Source: Myxococcaceae bacterium
Lineage (GTDB): Bacteria; Myxococcota; Myxococcia; Myxococcales; Myxococcaceae
Reading direction: 5' to 3'
Assembly: GCA_020247085.1 (NCBI GenBank)
Contig: JADCJJ010000267.1
Coordinates: forward strand, 3,582 to 67,581
Length of the DNA stretch: 64,000 bases
Of this stretch, positions 62,835 through 64,000 are shown piece by piece. The notes under the pieces are model-generated. The model worked only from the letters and a program-made list of their open reading frames with translations. It searched no databases and was not told the DNA's origin. Each line of letters begins with the position of its first letter. Position 1 is the stretch's first letter. Both the position numbers and the translations under genes were made by a program.

Positions 62835-64000
62835 GTGTTGAAGCTGATCATCGAAGACGACGAGGGCCGGAAGACCGTCGTTCCTTTCGTACGGGACGAG
62901 ATCACCATCGGTCGCCAGGAGGGGAACACGATTCGCCTCACCGAGCGAAACGTGTCCCGTCGACACGCGCGGCTGCTGCGGCAACAGGCCAACGTCCTCA
63001 TCGAAGACCTCGGCAGCTACAACGGCATCCGGGTGAACGGTGACCGCATCACCGGCCAGGTGCCCGTGCAGGACGGCGACCTGATTCAAATCGGTGACTA
63101 CGATCTGGCGATTCAGCGCGAAGAAGAGGCACGCCCGGCGCCAGCGACGGTCCCGCTCGACGTTCCACGGGCGGCGCCAGCGCCCCCGTCGATGGCCGCG
63201 ACGATGAAGCTCCCCGACATGGGGGCGACCCTGCCCGCGTTGCCCATCGTGACCAAGCCCCAGGACAGCGACGACGTGCCTGACGCGGCGACCGACGAGG
63301 TGCCCCGCAACCAGTCGACGGCCGTCATTCGCATCAACCAGGTGCAGGCGGGGAGGCCGCAGCGCTCCTCGGCCGCCCTCGACCCGAGCGAGGCGCCGCG
63401 CCTGGTGGTGCTCAACACCGACTTCGCGGGCCGGGAGTTTCCCTGCACGAAGACCGAGCTTCGCATCGGCCGCACCGACGACAACGACATCGCCATCGAC
63501 CATCGCTCGCTGTCGCGCACACACTGCAAGGTGGTGCGGGAAGACTCCGGCGAGTGGAAGGTCATCGACATGCAGTCCGCGAACGGGCTGATGGTGAATG
63601 GAGAGTCGTACGCGCAGGTGACGCTGCGGACGGGCGACGTGCTCGAGCTTGGGCACGTGAAGCTCAAGTTCGTCGGCCCCGGGGAGTCGGTCAGCCTCGA
63701 GGGCGTCACGAGCAACATCACCACCGAGTCCCCCGCCGAGGGGGCGTCGCGGGGCCCGTTGATCGCCGTCGCGGTGGCGGTGCTCGTCATCGTGGCGGGC
63801 GGTGGCGGGTATGCCTTCTACCGCTCGATGACGCCGGTGACGCCGAGCGACCCGCCGAAGCCCACTGCCACGGCGCCGAACGGCATCGAGCCAGTGAAGG
63901 TGCCTGGCGCGACCCCGCCCGCCGAGCGACCGGGCCTGGCGCCGGTGCCGGTGCCTGTCGCCGACACGGCGGCTGAGAACGACCGGCTGGTGAGCCAGGC
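62835..64000 (+). CDS. double FHA-domain membrane protein (3' end outside window)
   Basis: Absent from the ORF track because no stop lies inside the window. I translated it by hand from GTG 62835. It reads (M)LKLIIEDDEGRKTVVPFVRDEITIGRQEGNTIRLTERNVSRRHARL..DLGSYNGIRVNG (FHA 1), ELRIGRTDDNDIAIDHRSLSRTHCKVV..DMQSANGLMVNG (FHA 2), then TM helix LIAVAVAVLVIVAGGGGYAF. Confidence 0.9.
   Translation, partial: MLKLIIEDDEGRKTVVPFVRDEITIGRQEGNTIRLTERNVSRRHARLLRQQANVLIEDLGSYNGIRVNGDRITGQVPVQDGDLIQIGDYDLAIQREEEARPAPATVPLDVPRAAPAPPSMAATMKLPDMGATLPALPIVTKPQDSDDVPDAATDEVPRNQSTAVIRINQVQAGRPQRSSAALDPSEAPRLVVLNTDFAGREFPCTKTELRIGRTDDNDIAIDHRSLSRTHCKVVREDSGEWKVIDMQSANGLMVNGESYAQVTLRTGDVLELGHVKLKFVGPGESVSLEGVTSNITTESPAEGASRGPLIAVAVAVLVIVAGGGGYAFYRSMTPVTPSDPPKPTATAPNGIEPVKVPGATPPAERPGLAPVPVPVADTAAENDRLVSQ

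Overview
64-kb chromosomal segment with very high GC (about 70% by eye) and third codon positions almost saturated with G/C. I used that periodicity, together with amino-acid composition, to separate real frames from the many long Arg/Ala/Gly/Pro-rich antisense shadow ORFs in the track. I support about 42 protein-coding genes, three loci that look frame-disrupted, and several intergenic repeat or regulatory features. I found no rRNA, tRNA, CRISPR array, integrase, transposase or prophage signature. The gene content includes many lipoproteins and secreted proteins, PD40/TPR giants, FHA proteins, an extra Hsp70 paralog, an RpoH-like sigma paralog and LolA-like paralogs. This fits a Myxococcota-type genome, but that is inference only. 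Main blocks: (i) 1-10153, a tightly packed co-directional string of a MacB/FtsX-type ABC transporter, a LolA-like protein, an outer-membrane (OM) barrel, a PHP phosphoesterase lipoprotein, a TonB-C-fused TonB-dependent receptor and a lipoprotein. (ii) 12.4-16.7 kb, AtoE-like transporter and molybdopterin oxidoreductase. (iii) 16.8-24.8 kb, a minus-strand string headed by gyrB. (iv) M16 peptidase, P-type ATPase, then a tandem-repeat array of about 102-bp units. (v) HPF, RpoH-like sigma, Hsp70 and a lone atpH. (vi) ABC exporter, GDP-mannose pyrophosphorylase, SpoT-like HD hydrolase, CoA Nudix hydrolase and a cNMP-binding protein. (vii) SWIM-SNF2 helicase. (viii) 49.0-56.9 kb, an AsmA/YdbH-like giant, a lipoprotein with a DUF1318-like domain and a PD40/TPR giant, all translationally coupled. 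This is my best candidate for an undescribed envelope system. (ix) Rhomboid-TPR protease, a second LolA-like protein and a double-FHA protein. All family calls come from motifs read in the translations. No database search was run.
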